From assembly GCF_009914755.1 (NCBI RefSeq), contig NC_060941.1: a stretch of DNA of 64,000 nt, one strand, 5' to 3'. The notes below the pieces were generated by a model. It was not told where the DNA came from. It did no database searches and saw only the letters and a list, made by a program, of their open reading frames with translations. Source of the stretch: the human T2T-CHM13v2.0 reference genome, Homo sapiens. The number at the start of each line of letters is the position of its first letter. Position 1 is the first letter of the stretch. Positions 44,575-58,752 of this stretch are shown piece after piece. The position numbers were made by a program, and so were the translations under genes.

Positions 44575-47468
44575 CCTCTCTCTACCTTCCTCAACGTCTG
44601 CTCAGATCACAGGCAGCAGGTCCCAGATTCAATCCCACCAGCTCTGAGCTTTCTGCTCTTTGTCCTCCGTGACTCAGTTCCAATCCTTGCCCATTCTCTC
44701 TGGGTGTTCCAAAGTCACCCTTGCGGGTGCCTTCAGAGATACCAAGTGGGAGAATTGGACCAGAACTGTGCTAAGGAAGCGCTGGGGACCCGCCTGCGAG
44801 CCGCCATCTGGAAAAGGTGGTCGGTGTGGGCTTTGGGGTAATGGCCAGATCTGAGAGGAGGCCAGGAGGGGACTGAGGAGCACAGCTCTGATATTTTACA
44901 GTGACCCCCATCAGGATGTGGAGTCCATTTCCCCACTCCCGAAATCTGGGCCGGCTTCATGCCTCGCTTTCATTGACAGAATGTGGTCCTTGTAGCTTCT
45001 ACATTCACCCTCTAAGATCAGGGCCCCAACACCATGGTGGCCCACCATGCTACCAAGGAGGAGAAACCACGTGGAGAAAGAGATCCTGCACCCAGCTGTC
45101 CCCACCAAGCCCAGCCCAAGCCGACTGCCAGATGGGCACAACTTCATGGCCAGCCCAGGAGAGACCAGGGGGAATAATAATCCCGGTTGTTTAAGCCACC
45201 GAGTGCTGATTTGGTTTCCTAAGCAGCAGTAGGTAGCTGAGCAGAGTAGCTATCTGTGGCCCGGCCGGCACGCTCCTGCAGGCAGGACCTCACTGTGCAC
45301 TCCCAGGCCCATGGTGTTTGAGTGCCGCGGTGGCTGGAGCCTGTGGATGTGCTGTGGGTTGGCCTCCAGGGACTGTGCCCTATCTCCCCTGGAGAGACTG
45401 TCTCTCTTAGTCACTAGTCTTCATTCTGCAGAAAGAACAGCCTCTTCCTTCTCCAGCTGTCTGTGAGCCCACCAGTGCCTGGAACCCCCTCCTATGCCTT
45501 CTGTTTATCTTGAGTTACAGAACACACCAGCATCTCTCAGCCCCCAGGGGCTGCCAGTTAGAGCCAAAACCCCTATTTTCAACCCCCTCCCAGGAGGAGT
45601 CTCTGCCATCCCAGCGGACTTGGGCGACCCTGGGAGAAGACTGGACTGGTAAGTCAGAAACCCCAGCTCCCCTGCCAAATGGCCCACTGCAGATATTCCT
45701 CTTCAGGGCGACGAAGACACAGGGGAGAGGTACCTGCACCCTCCCACACTGAGGAATCCTATGAATGGGCTGGGGGCGGGGAGGGGAGTCAGGCGCCACG
45801 GCAGCCCCCAGGAAGCAGGGGTCATTACCAACTCCCCAGGCGTCTGTCTAGACCATTTGCCTGCCTGAGCGCATAACTGAGTCAAGATCTAATTAGTTTC
45901 TGTGTCCTGGCTGAGAGCCAAGGCCGGGCGCAGGAGGACCTGGGAGGGGGTGGAAAGCGGGAGATTCTCAGGGTAAGCGGGGTCTCCAGCCCAGCTGTGT
46001 GCGGAAAAAGAATGAACTCTCATTTCCATGCACTGAACCATTCCAGATAAAAAACATATGTGCCTCCGATGGAGCCCACCCTCCCCTCCCCAAGGACTGT
46101 GGGCCACACATGGCCTGCACCCATGTCTGTGCACCCGTTAACCAGGGATTCAGGCCAAATTCAAATATGTCAATCTCAGGTGATGAATGATGAAACCCTT
46201 CCTAATTTGCATGTTAAATTTCCTTGTGGTGGAAATAAATAGCCTCAGTTCATCAGGGAAGAGCTTTCCTCGGGAGCCTTTCATTAAAGGCGGCGGCGAG
46301 TGCTTCATTTGCATGTTCTGTGCGGCACATTGGAGAGTCTGGGCGGATGTGGCCAGCGGGGCCCCAGGGCTGCCAGGATGGGCCATGGAAAATGCATCCG
46401 TTGCTGGGAAGTGGGAGGAGATGACAGGAAGAAGTGAGGGTGTGGCTGTGTGTGCGCACCTGTGCATTCCAGACTGTTCCATGCAGAGGAGCTGGTGGCA
46501 GGTCCACATCCCTAGCTCCCCGCTGATTTGCAGTGTGACCCTGGACTTGTCACTTTACCTCTCTGGGCCTCAGTTTCTGTATCTATAAAATGGGAGGCAT
46601 TAAGTGTTTTGTATTAAGTAAAAGCAAAGCAATAGGTGTTTTGGATCCTCACAGCCCTCCTTGTGAGAATTAAATGCATTAACACTAATGAAGGCATGTT
46701 GTGCATGGCTGTGTGTGGGGTCATGCTCTGTGGACTATGGATGGACGTCCAGAGCTGTGCATGGGCACACAGGGTGCTTTTGAGAGACAGCAGCATCGCC
46801 CTGCCTGCCCCAGCTTCAGAGAGCTCCACAGTTTCATAGAAATGTCCTCCCCGTCCCACCTACAGCTCTCTGTGGGCTGTGACGTCCTTGTGTGATCCTG
46901 CAATCAAACAAGGACACTGAGGGAACTCTGCAAACATCTCATCAGAAGAGAGAGGTGAGGACAGAACATGTGACCTGGGGATGCCGGGCCTGGCAATGTT
47001 CCCATCCCTGACCCGGCGAGTCCCTCTCCTGTTCCCAGGGGCCCAGCCTGACCAGGGAAATAACACTGAGTGAAATTGATGTTGGCACCTTTGCCTCTGA
47101 TCACGCCAGGATGCTGAGGAGCTGGGGAGCCCAGTGAGATCCAAGCAGCACTGCACGGAGACTCAGGGGGCCTGGGTCTGAATTTTAATTCTGATGTGAA
47201 CTCATGCCATGTCCCCCAAGGAGTCATTTCCACTCAGGGCCACCATGTCCCCCCTGTAAGACAGGGCTTGGCCTGGATGCCAGCTGAGGTGTTCTGTGGC
47301 TGCGTGACTCTCTCATAGCTCCTAGTTTCCCCTGCCTGCCCCCTGCACCGGTGTCCTCAGCCCAGGTCCAGCGAGGCCACACCCATCGTCCATCTCCAGC
47401 TTCCTCGGGAGTGGGGGACCCATTTTCTCCCCAAGCCAGGACCCGTTACGGAGAGTGTGAGCAAACAG

Positions 47469-47482
47469 GTTGCTATGGAAAC
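47469..47482. promoter_or_regulatory. RFX X-box motif (candidate)
   Basis: GTTGCTATGGAAAC fits the RFX consensus GTTGCCATGG(C/A)AAC in non-repeat DNA. Confidence 0.55.
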
Positions 47483-48231
47483 CAAGCCAGTCACGGTTTG
47501 AGAGACTTTTGCATCTTTTTTCCGCCTTTCCCCTTACACTTTGAACTTATTAGTCTTAATTGACATAATTTTTGCGAGGTTGTCAACTCAAGGCACGAGG
47601 AGCCAGCTGTGCCTCTCGCTGCCCAGCACCAGCACTGACCCTTGGGGATGCTCCCTGCTGCCTCTCTCCCTCCCATCTGCCACCACCCTGCCTTTCCCTG
47701 CTACTGACTAGCAAATCCTGAGGCCACACTCGGTCCCCTCATGTCGGGAAGAACCTGTCCTAAAGCAGGAGGGGGCCTCCCAGGCCAGGGTGGGGGCACG
47801 GGCTGCGTGCAGGACCGCGTGCATCTGTGGGAAGCAGGTCGTAAGGAGCACCACCCCATGTCCTCTGGCACCAGTGGCCTCAACCTCTTGGCTAATGGTT
47901 TTAGCAGGACTGATCAGAGGAGGCGGGAGTGAATCATTCTCTCTGAGCCTCTGACTTCTCTGCGCAGTGGAGGTGTTGTACCTGCCCCGGGCTGAGGATC
48001 CAACAGAGCATCAAGGAAGGTGGCCTGTACAGCAGGAAGCGCCTTCTAGTTGAATTGTTATGAGAAAGGGGGCTGGAGGGACCCCCAAGAGGGAGCGAGG
48101 GGTGGCCAGCCAGCTCTTTACCCCTTCCTTCCATGCCAGGACCCTGACCCCATGTGCCAGGGCACCTATGCACAGAAGGGCAGCTCAGCTCCAGCTGGGA
48201 GAGTCCAGGGGATGCCAGCACCTCACTGTAG

Positions 48232-48450
48232 GTCATGGTTCTCAATGGGGGTGCTGTTGCCCCAGGACACAGGTGGCAGCATCTGGAGACATTTTTGGTT
48301 GTCACATCCAGAAGGTGTCTATTGGGATCTAGGGGTTATAGGCCAGGGCTGCCTCTTAACACCTTACATCACGCATGACAGACTCCCACCCTCCAACAAA
48401 GAACTTTCCATCCTCCAATGTCAGCAGTGCTGAGGCTGAGAAGCCCTGCT
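48232..48450. mobile_element. MER20 hAT element
   Basis: GGTTCTCAA...TCTGGAGACATTTTTGGTTGTCAC...GTGCTGAGGCTGAGAAGCCCTG. Confidence 0.8.
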
Positions 48451-48573
48451 CTAGCTGTTTCTAGCTGGTGCCTTCCTCCCAGGCAGCATAAGGCTGTGGC
48501 CTGAGGATCCTCAAATAGTGATACCCCTTGCCTCGCCCTCTGCCTCGCTGTTGGATATTGGAGGCCTGCCCCG

Positions 48574-48620
48574 TGTGTGTGTGTGTGTGTGTGTGTGTTT
48601 GTTTGTGTATGTGTGTGTGT
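48574..48620. repeat. (GT)n microsatellite
   Basis: Read directly. Similar short tracts at 52813-52842, 54175-54198 and 55017-55043. Confidence 0.9.
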
Positions 48621-49839
48621 GCATGCGTGCTATGTAGGCAGATGGGGTCCCTTCAGCCTCCCCACCTTCCCCGATCCTCAGGAGTGGGAGGAGCTGGCCT
48701 CAGGTCGGGAGAAGGACAGCCTGCTCCTCCTCCCAGCCCACCTCTCCCATTCCTCCCTGAGGATTTCGCCATTTCCAAACTCGTTAACTTTTAATTACTA
48801 CCTTCCCTCTGCCTGAGTACACTGGCTCCATGCCACGTACATCTCTATTAAAATTCAATTTATGCCCATCATAACTAATTCCTGTACTTCAGTTTTCTCA
48901 CCATCAGCCTTCAATTTTCAGACAAGATGTCCAAGCTCATGGCCAAATTGGAGTAAATCTCCAAAGGGCTGGAACAGGCAGATAGGATCTAGCCTCATTG
49001 AGGAAAAGGAACCTGGACTTCCCGGGAGGGTGGGAAGGAACCGTGGCCAGGAAGAATGAGGTGGGAGGAGCCTGCCCTGCTGGGTGGGAGTCAGCGTCAT
49101 GCCCTTGGTGGCTCTCAGACCATCCTTTCCATTGATGGAGCCATCTGTGACCAGACACTCTTCTGCACGCTTCATCTTGCATGACATTCCCAGCCACCCT
49201 GGGAGGTAGCTACTGGTCTTATTATTCCCATTTCCCAGACTAGGCAACCGAGGCAGGGATTAGGCAGTTTGCTCAAAGGCACACAGTGAGTCAGGGGCAG
49301 GACTGGACATCACAAGGTGGGATGCTGGGGCTGGATCTGGGAAGATAAACAACGGTTTGCCAGGTAGCAGAGGCGTGCGAGGACGGTAGAGGTGGAGGAC
49401 AGAGGTGGGCATGGGCACGAGGGCATGAAAGAGCAGAGACCACGGGTGCACGATGCGTTCTGCCCATTAGCGAAGGGAGTTAGTGAGAGAGGAGGCTGGA
49501 CAGATGGACAGGACCCGGTGATACAGGGTCTTGTACTCCCTCGACCAAAATCCTTTCGAGACTGTCCACTGCCTGCTGGATATATCCGAGAAGATTCTTC
49601 CTGGCGTTCCAGGTCCTACCTCTGCCATCTTGGGTCAGCCATGTCTCCCACTTCCTAGGGCAACTGGCTCAACCTGTCATGCCCCTTCCAGTCTCCAATT
49701 CTTGATTCCTACTTGCCTGTGAGGATTCCCCCTCCACTCCCTGCCCCGACTTGCTCATCCCTCTCTAACTCCTCAACTTGCCCCATCCTCCCCCTCCTGA
49801 AGGTCACCAGACTTCTATGTCCCTAAATTGAGCTGACGA

Positions 49840-50181
<342 letters not shown>

Positions 50182-52810
50182 TGACACAGTTGGTCCTTCC
50201 TAAACCAAGAACACACCCTCTTTCCTCCCAAGACACTGCAATCTCCAGGCTTCCCCTCTCCCATCCAGCCTCTAGGTTTTGTTCTGCCAGGCTGGTTTCC
50301 AACTCCCTTATATATGGCCTGGTGGGACCACAGAGCCCTTTCCTCTGATGCTATGTTCATTCTCTCATCCTGCCATGTCAACACCAGTGAGTCCTAAATT
50401 AATATCTTCAGACTTTTCTTCTAGTTGCCTGTTGGACATCCCGATCCAGCATCCAAAACTGAGTACAGTGTCTTCCCAGAAAGCTCCTTCTCCGCCTGGG
50501 ATTCCTTCCTCAACCACCTCAATGCCCATCTTCCTCCCTCTCCTGCATGGCCAGCAGAGCCTCACGTCCCACCAGTTATCCCTCCTCAATGCATCTCAGA
50601 CCCATCCGCTCCCACCAAGATGGCCCAGCCGCCCCTCGCAGCACAATGGACCCACACCTCCTCTCTGCTCTCTTCCACCCGCTTCTCACCCAGCTTCCTG
50701 AGCAAAGATTTGAAACATGAGCATCTGATCATGTCCATTCCCTGGGAAAAACCATTCGAGGGCTCCACATAGCTTTTGGCAGAAAATGCAAGTCCCTAAG
50801 AGAGCTAAACGCCCCTACTTGATCTCGCCCCAGTGTCCTCCTTGGCCACGTGGACCTTCTTTCAGATCCTCCAGACACAAGGTCCTTGGATGGAGCCGCA
50901 GGGACCATTCCTTTGGCATCCCCCTGCCCTGGCTACCTCCACTCATTCTCTGGGTCCCAACTTCCCCAGTGGAATCTGTTTGACCTTACTTTCCCTTGAA
51001 AGCACGCATCAAAACTGGATCCACCCACACTTGCACTATTATTTAGTTCTGCTTCTACACGTGGGGGCCAGGATCTTCCTGTCTTATTTAGGACCATATC
51101 ACCAGCAGCCGGTATCTGGTCACAACCGGCACCCATTGTAGTAACCCAGGGATGCTGGCGTCTCCTGACACGAGCACCTCCTTCTCTCACGGTTTGTCCA
51201 CACTACTCAAGTTCTGTGTCTCCCAGGTGCTGCTCCAAACTCCTCCAGCTCCTGTTCGCCTCTTTCTGCCTCTTCCTGAAACTCCCACGCTCACTTGGCC
51301 TCAGTCCCCTGCTGTTGCTCCTCAGCCATGGTACTTAGAGTCCTGTGAGCACCTCTAGCTCCAGTGAGAACAAACATTTCCAAAGGTGGCAGGGCAGGCG
51401 GGGCTGGCACTGCCTTTCCGATTGTCCTCCTTGCCTAGCTCTGTGCCGGGCAGGCAGAAGGCCCCCAGTCCTTGCCTGATGAATGAACAAATGCTGGCAT
51501 CTCCTGCTGTTCCTTCACCAGGCTTGGAAGCAGAAGGCCTGGCACTTGTCTTAACTTTATGATTTCAGATCTTGGACAAGAAATGAAACCTGAGCCTTTG
51601 TGTTCCTCATGTATCAAGACGCCTCTCCTTATAGGAGTTGCTGATGTTAAGGGATTCAGAAGAACCGAAGTAAAAGTCGCAGTGTGGGGCCTGGCATGAG
51701 GTAGGTGATCGTTTGGAGTGTTTGTTAATAAGAGTTAAGGTACTATTTCTCCTTCTGCAGTGGCTTAGAAAGTGCCACTGCCCGGGGAAAGGACAAGCTC
51801 AGCCAGGCAGCACAGAGCAGGGGAGGGACGCAGGCTTGGGGTCCTGAAGATCCTGGGTGAAACCTGACTCCGTGTACTGGCTGTGTGACCTTGGGTAGGT
51901 TGCCGAACCTCTCTGAGCTGTGAATTCTAGTTAGGAAGCAGAGATAATAATTGCACTAGTCTTCCAGAACTGCTGCCCGTAAGAGCTTGGCTCGGTTCCT
52001 GGCACTTACCCTGTGCCATGCCTGTGCTCCCGTGCCCTCTGGGAAGGCCCACTGGCCTCTGCCTCCCCATCTCTGCTGCCTGCTCTCTCTTCTAAGGGGA
52101 GGCCAGAAAGAGGGCCAGAGAAGCCAGAGATAAAGCCGCTGGCCTGGGGAATTTCTCTTCATCTTCTTATCTGAGGAGTTTCAAAGGCTGCCAGTGGCTC
52201 CGCGTGTGTCCCCTGCTTTTGTGTCCCTTGCTGGGGCCGTCACATGTGCAGGGCTTCTCTGCCTCAGATATACTTTCTTCTCCCAGCTGCCAAGCCCATG
52301 CAGTTCACAGACACCACAGCTCTGCCACAAGGACCTCAGCATGGCATGGGGGCTGGGGACCCAGCCTGGGGCCGGCCAGATGCCCACCTGGCTCTCCTGG
52401 GCCTCCCCTGCACACATCTGCTCTTCTCCACATGGGCCAGGGGTGGGACTCGGCCTCAGCTGGTCTCACACCCTCACGCTTGCCTCTCGGAAGGGGGTCC
52501 TGCCTTCATGGCCCCCGGGGCAGAAGAATGACACACAGTGATGTGGGGCAGGGACAGAAGGAGCCCAATGGGAAACCATGTGTGCCTTTGCAGAGAGGGC
52601 AGCACACTCAGGTCCAACAGTGCTCCCAGATCTGCCGCTCACTCTCTGGATAATCCCAGGCAAGTTTCTGACCCTCTCTGAACTTCAGGTTCTTCATTTG
52701 CAGAATGAAGGTAATGAGATTCACCTGTTGTGAGATGACGGCAGTAAAGGACTTGGCACCCATGAGCCTCCATAAACATTAATCCGTGCATGCCCAATTA
52801 TGCATGGGAA

Positions 52811-52846
<36 letters not shown>

Positions 52847-52991
52847 AGTGATCGCCTTGCTCATCTTTTCTTTTTTCTTCTATTCGATTTTAAGTGTGAG
52901 AATAATTATGCCAGAAGGTGTTACCAAGGTGGGACAAAATCATCTGGTTGATGACGTTGCCAGGGCACAGACCCAAGGATGGGTGGCAGGG

Positions 52992-53870
52992 TCCATCCTT
53001 CGTCCATCCTCCCTCCATTCTCCTCCATCCTCCGTCCATCCTCCCTCCATTCTCCTCCATCCTCCATCCATCCTCCCTCCACTCTCCTCCATTCTCTGTC
53101 CATCCTCCCTCCATTCTCCTCCATCCTCCATCCATCCTCCCTCCATCTCCTCCATCCTCCCTCCCTTCTCCACCATCCTCCGTCCATCCTCCTTCCATCT
53201 CCTCCATCCTTCTCCATCCTCCTTCCATCTCCTCCATCCTTCTCCATCCTCCTCCATCCTCCCTCCATCTCCTCCATCCTCCCTCCATTCTCCTCCATCC
53301 TTCTCCATCCTCCCTCCATTCTCCTCCATCCTTTGTCCATCCTCCTTCCATTATCCATCATCCTCCATCCATCCTCCCTCCATCTCCTCCATCCTCCGTC
53401 CATCCTCCCTCCATTATCCTCCATCCTTTGTCCATCTTCCTTCTGTTCTCCTTCATCCTCCATCCATCCCCCCTCAGTTCTCCTTCATCCTTCTCCATCC
53501 TCCCTCTGTTCTCCTCCATCCTCTGTCCATCCTCCTTCTATCTCCTCCATCCTCTCTCCATCTTCCCTCTATTCTCCTCCATCCCTCCTCACTCCATCTC
53601 CTCCATCCATCCTCCCTCCATTCTCCTCCATCCTCCTTCCATCTCCTCCATCCTCTGTCCATCCTCCCTCCATTCTCCTCCATCCTCCATTCATCCTTCC
53701 TCTAGCCTCTGTCCATCCTCCCTCCGTTCTCCTCCATCCTCTTTCCATCCTCCCTCAGTTCTCCATCCTCTGTCTATCCTCCCTCCATTCTCCTCCATCC
53801 TCCATCCATCCTCCCTCCATCTCCTCCATCCTCCATCCATCCTCCCTCTGTCCTCCTCCATCTCCATCCC
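52992..53870. repeat. ~880-bp TCCATCC/TCC polypyrimidine degenerate tandem repeat
   Basis: Units such as TCCATCCTCCCTCCATTCTCCTCCATCC; G is almost absent on the + strand. Confidence 0.95.
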
Positions 53871-55329
53871 CTGTCCTGTCATTTCTCCAGCCAGGGGGGT
53901 TGTCTCCAGCCATGCTGCCCTTGCTGATGAAGTGGATGTAAACTTAAGCTGAATGGATTCAACCTGGGAGATGGCTCCTGGAGAAGAGGGAGCTGAGAGT
54001 GGTCAGATGAGAGAGGCTCCAGCACTAACACTAGAGGGCCTGACCTCTAGGGCTTTTATGTGAGTTGCACACACACCTTCCTGCTGTACTCAGACAGGCT
54101 CGTGACTAACTGTTAACCTGCACACAAGGCTGTGTGGGAATCATACACACACAAACACATACATGCATGTGCATGCACACACACACACACACACACACAT
54201 ATTTTAGCAGACACATTAGACTCCATACATTAGACTCTGTATATCCAAATAAGTTTTGTGTTCTTCCTCCCCCCACCACCTGTCCCCAGCACATGCCCCA
54301 GGAATCACTCTGGGAAGCTGCGTGCCTGTTCCAGGGGAGAGGCAGGCCGTGGGGCCAGTGTCCACACCTTGAGGAGGGTCTCCCATGCAGTATCCTCCTG
54401 CTCACATGAGAGAAAGGATCTCATTTCTTTAAAGTCAGATTTTGCTTTGTTTCCTTGCTGTGCTCCCAGCTCTTAGAGCCACCTCATTTCTCAAACTGGG
54501 AATTCAAGGCTGGTTTCGAAATGGATAGTGATTTGTCACCAACAAAGGGTTCTCACAGCTCTTGCCTAAGAGGAGTTCTGCACAGGTGTACAGAGCCCCA
54601 GGTGGCCACTCAGAGGAGACAAGCTACCTACACACGTGATTTTCTAGGGGGTTTGTTATCAGATCTGTTCCAGGATCTTGTCGAGACAGACACCTTGAAT
54701 AATCCTAACAGGTACCATTCATGTCACATCTTTTGCACCAGGGTGGGCTTGACCTGTAGAATCCCAGGTATTCCTTACAATAATTCTCTGATGCAGGCAT
54801 TACTGCGCCTGATTCCAAGAAGTGAAAACAAATTCAGGGTGGCTAACCACTTCTGCCTAAGGTGACAGAGCTAGCAGGGACAGGGTCATATTCATGCAGG
54901 CCTGACTTCAACGTCTATGCTCTTTTCACTCTGACCCCAATGATGGATGTGGACCCACATATTTATGCCACAATCACACATACTCAGAAGGGTGCACAGG
55001 CTTGCCTTTGTGTAGTGCACACACACACACACACACACACACACCAGACCCATTTGGCTACAGAACCCAAGAATAAAGACTTTCAGAGACTGGACATGAA
55101 TATAAACTTTCCTCCCTTTGGAAACATAAATTTATGGCAGCACTTCTAATCTTATTTTCTCTCAACTTGCTGAGTAAATTTAGCCATTTTCCTGCCTGAA
55201 AATTGGATATTATCATCTTACTCAGAGCCTGGGGTTTGTAAAAGACAGGGAAGTCCTCAGTATCCAGCAGTGGTTGGAGAGCCGTGGGCTATGAAGCTGG
55301 ACAGTCTCCTATGGAATGCACTTTTCAGT

Positions 55330-56515
55330 ATGCATTTATTTAAAAGGTGAACCTGGAACATTTTGTTGAGCCCAAAACAAGGAAATGTTCAGAATCTAAT
55401 GGGGATATATTCAAAGGACCCATGCTCCAGCTTGAAGGAGCTCCACTGGCCAAATTTAGGTTAAGATGAGTATGGAAATGAACAATGTCATGCGTGGATT
55501 AAAGCACATTGAATAAAAACCATAATGCATGAGTTTATACTGATGCTAAATTACTTTAAAGGGGGTCAGAAAGGAAAGCTGTTTACAAAAGAATGCCACC
55601 TAAGTAAAAGGAATACAAGAAAATCTCCTTATCCCAACCACCATAGTAATAACTGATTCGGGTAAGACTCTTCAATGGATACTAAACCACTGGGTGGGAG
55701 AGTCGTGGGAAGGAGATTATTCACATAGTCCCAAGTTATCCCTCTATAGTCCACTCATCAATAACGAAGGGAAGAAGATACTTCAACCTTTTGACAATGG
55801 AGAAATCTGGTGGATATCACCTTGACCAGTTCATCAAACCTAACATCACCAATAACGGGGCAAATTGTCATCAGGCACCTTCCAGTGTGAAGCATCAAAG
55901 ACACATACCTACAAATATGCTTCCCAAAAGGCTTAACATGAGTTTAATCATGAGGATATAACTGGACAAACCCACATTGAGGGAAATTCTGCAAAGCCGG
56001 CTGGACTCTCAGAAGTGCCAAAGACATGAAAGGTAGGAAAGAAACAATAAGGAATAGTTCTAGATTTAAGGTGTATCAAGACTCATGGCAACTAAAGGTC
56101 ACATGTGATCCCCGATTAGGTCCGGCGTTGAAGAAGAACAACAACCATGGCCATGAAGGACACTGGGATAAAGGTACGTCCATCGGAACAAATGGAGAAA
56201 CTTGAATATAGGCTGCTTTTTAGCTAGCAGTATTGTATCAGTGTTAAATTTCCCAACTGTGAAAATTGTGTCGTGCATGGTTCTGCGGGTAAATGCCTTG
56301 CTCTTAGGAAATATTATTTATGAATGAAGTGACATGATGTCTACAGCAAATCCTTGAATAGTTCAGCAGAAAACGTGCATGTGTATACGTGTGTAGGGAG
56401 ACAGTAAGAGAGCACAAATGAGCAAAATGTTAGCAATTGTGATGGTACATGTATGCAGGTGTTTACAGTACTAACGATTTTACTAAGATTTGAAAAAAAT
56501 CAAAATTAAAAGAGA
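55330..56515 (+). mobile_element. L1MC/ME-type 3' UTR fragment
   Basis: CCAGCTTGAAGGAGCTCCACTGGCCAAAT, GACAAACCCACATTGAGGGA and GTATTGTATCAGTGTTAAATTTCC; A-rich end. Confidence 0.7.
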
Positions 56516-56559
56516 GAAGAAAGAAGCACCTGCTATGAGCCAGGGACACAGGTGGCTTC

Positions 56560-57000
56560 TATCTAACCACCACTCTTTTCCCTTCTTATGTTAACAACTT
56601 TCACCCTTCTTCCCTACCATGTGGCTGTAGTGTGAGGGCTGCCAATCCTGATGTCTCAAGCCCTGGAGTAGGCACATGATGCAGGCCTGGCCAATCAGGG
56701 TGCTCCATGCTGTTGCCCACCACGACTGGTCAGGGATGGTCTGAGCTGGGCCAATCAGAATCCTTCCCTGGGACTTTCTAAGTGAAACTTCCAGAAAAGT
56801 TCTTTCTACTCAGAAATCAGGCAGCTATAGCTTGTGAGCCCTGAACTTCTCAGTGTCACTCATGACTCATGAAGTATGAACCCAGAGGTGGGCACAGCTG
56901 AGCGACTTGGAGGAAAGAGGGCCTGGCAATATCAAGCTCTTGGTCTAAGTCCTGAGGTTCTAGGAACTGCCAAGGTTCTGGAAGCTCTGACTTCGGTTCT
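56560..57000. mobile_element. LTR16-like ERVL LTR remnant
   Basis: Two GGCCAATCAG motifs and AATCCTTCCCTGGGACT. Confidence 0.5.
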
Positions 57001-57109
57001 GTGGTGCACTTGTGGTCTCCTCTGTAAATAATGAGAAGGCAAAAAAGGTGTCAGGGGATATGTAAGGCCATACTTTCTGGACAGTCACAAAGGACAGAGG
57101 AGATGGAGC

Positions 57110-57114
57110 AGTGC

Positions 57115-57190
<76 letters not shown>

Positions 57191-57236
57191 GAGAGAGAGA
57201 GGGAAAGAAAGAGAGAGGGAAAGAGAGAGAGAGAGA
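57110..57236. repeat. Compound (GT)n(GA)n(GT)n(GA)n microsatellite
   Basis: Read directly from the sequence. Confidence 0.92.
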
Positions 57237-57258
57237 AATTAAGAATACATGCATTATT

Positions 57259-57783
<525 letters not shown>

Positions 57784-58122
57784 TCAGGAAGAGTTCTAAG
57801 GCCCTTGTAAGGAGTGCAGACCTTGCCTCGGGGGCACAGCAAGTTTTTAATTGAAGGAAAATCCTGATTGGACCTGCATTCAGGCACACCGTTGCCCCCA
57901 GGCCACCAGATCCAACACTCTTAGGGGCGAGGAGGTAAAGGAATGAGTTTCCCAAGTGCGCGCTCATCTATTTCCCTTGAATAACTTCCACCCAACATAG
58001 CTATAAAATGGAGTATCTGCATTCTCCCTATTGCTTTGTTTTCTAGAATTTGCAGAGCAGTTAGCCGAAAGATTGCTTAGGATACACATTAAGGAAGCAA
58101 TTGCAGCAATCCTTCTTCAATG

Positions 58123-58410
58123 AGAGGCAGTGTGGTGGATGGTAACAAATTCCCACTCTGCTGTCAGATAACTTATTTTTGAAGCCCAACTCAACCATCT
58201 GACTTTAGGTGATGTCTTTAACTTCTCTGAGCTTCAGTGTGTTTATCTGTAAAATGAGGGGAAATAACTGAAACTACTCATAGGATTGTGGGCAGGATTA
58301 AATGAGATAATCGCAGAGGGACATCACAATGTCTGCCATATAAGAAATTCTTTTTCATTGTCTATGATTGCTATCATCATTGTTATTGTCATCATCATCA
58401 TCATCATCCT
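58123..58410 (+). mobile_element. MIR with an (ATC)n tail
   Basis: TTAACTTCTCTGAGCTTCAG...ATCTGTAAAATG...GGATTAAATGAGATAAT. Confidence 0.8.
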
Positions 58411-58752
58411 CAATAGCTGGACCTCATCATCATCAATAGCTGGACCTCATCATCGTCAATAGCTGGACCTCATCATCATCATCATCAATAGCTGGACCTC
58501 ATCATCGTCAATAGCTGGACCTCATCATCATCAATAGCTGGACCTCATCATCATCATCATCAATAGCTGGACCTCATCATCGTCAATAGCTGGACCTCAT
58601 CATCATCATCATCAATAGCTGGACCTCATCATCGTCAATAGCTGGACCTCATCATCATCAATAGCTGGACCTCATCATCGTCAATAGCTGGACCTCATCA
58701 TCATCAATAGCTGGACCTCATCATCATCATCATCACCACCAATAGCTGGACC
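58411..58752. repeat. VNTR: 14 copies of CAATAGCTGGACC separated by T(CAT)n variants
   Basis: Cores start at 58411, 58434, 58457, 58486, 58509, 58532, 58561, 58584, 58613, 58636, 58659, 58682, 58705 and 58740. Confidence 0.96.

Noticed and set aside
52848-53952. ORFs of 285-344 aa rich in Pro/Ser/His/Leu
   Set aside because: Produced by the TCC repeat, which lacks stop codons in several frames; no coding-like complexity.
58411-58752. CRISPR-like array of direct repeats with spacers
   Set aside because: Spacers are CAT microsatellite variants of about 10-22 bp rather than unique sequences, there are no cas genes, and the context is a mammalian intron. It is a VNTR.
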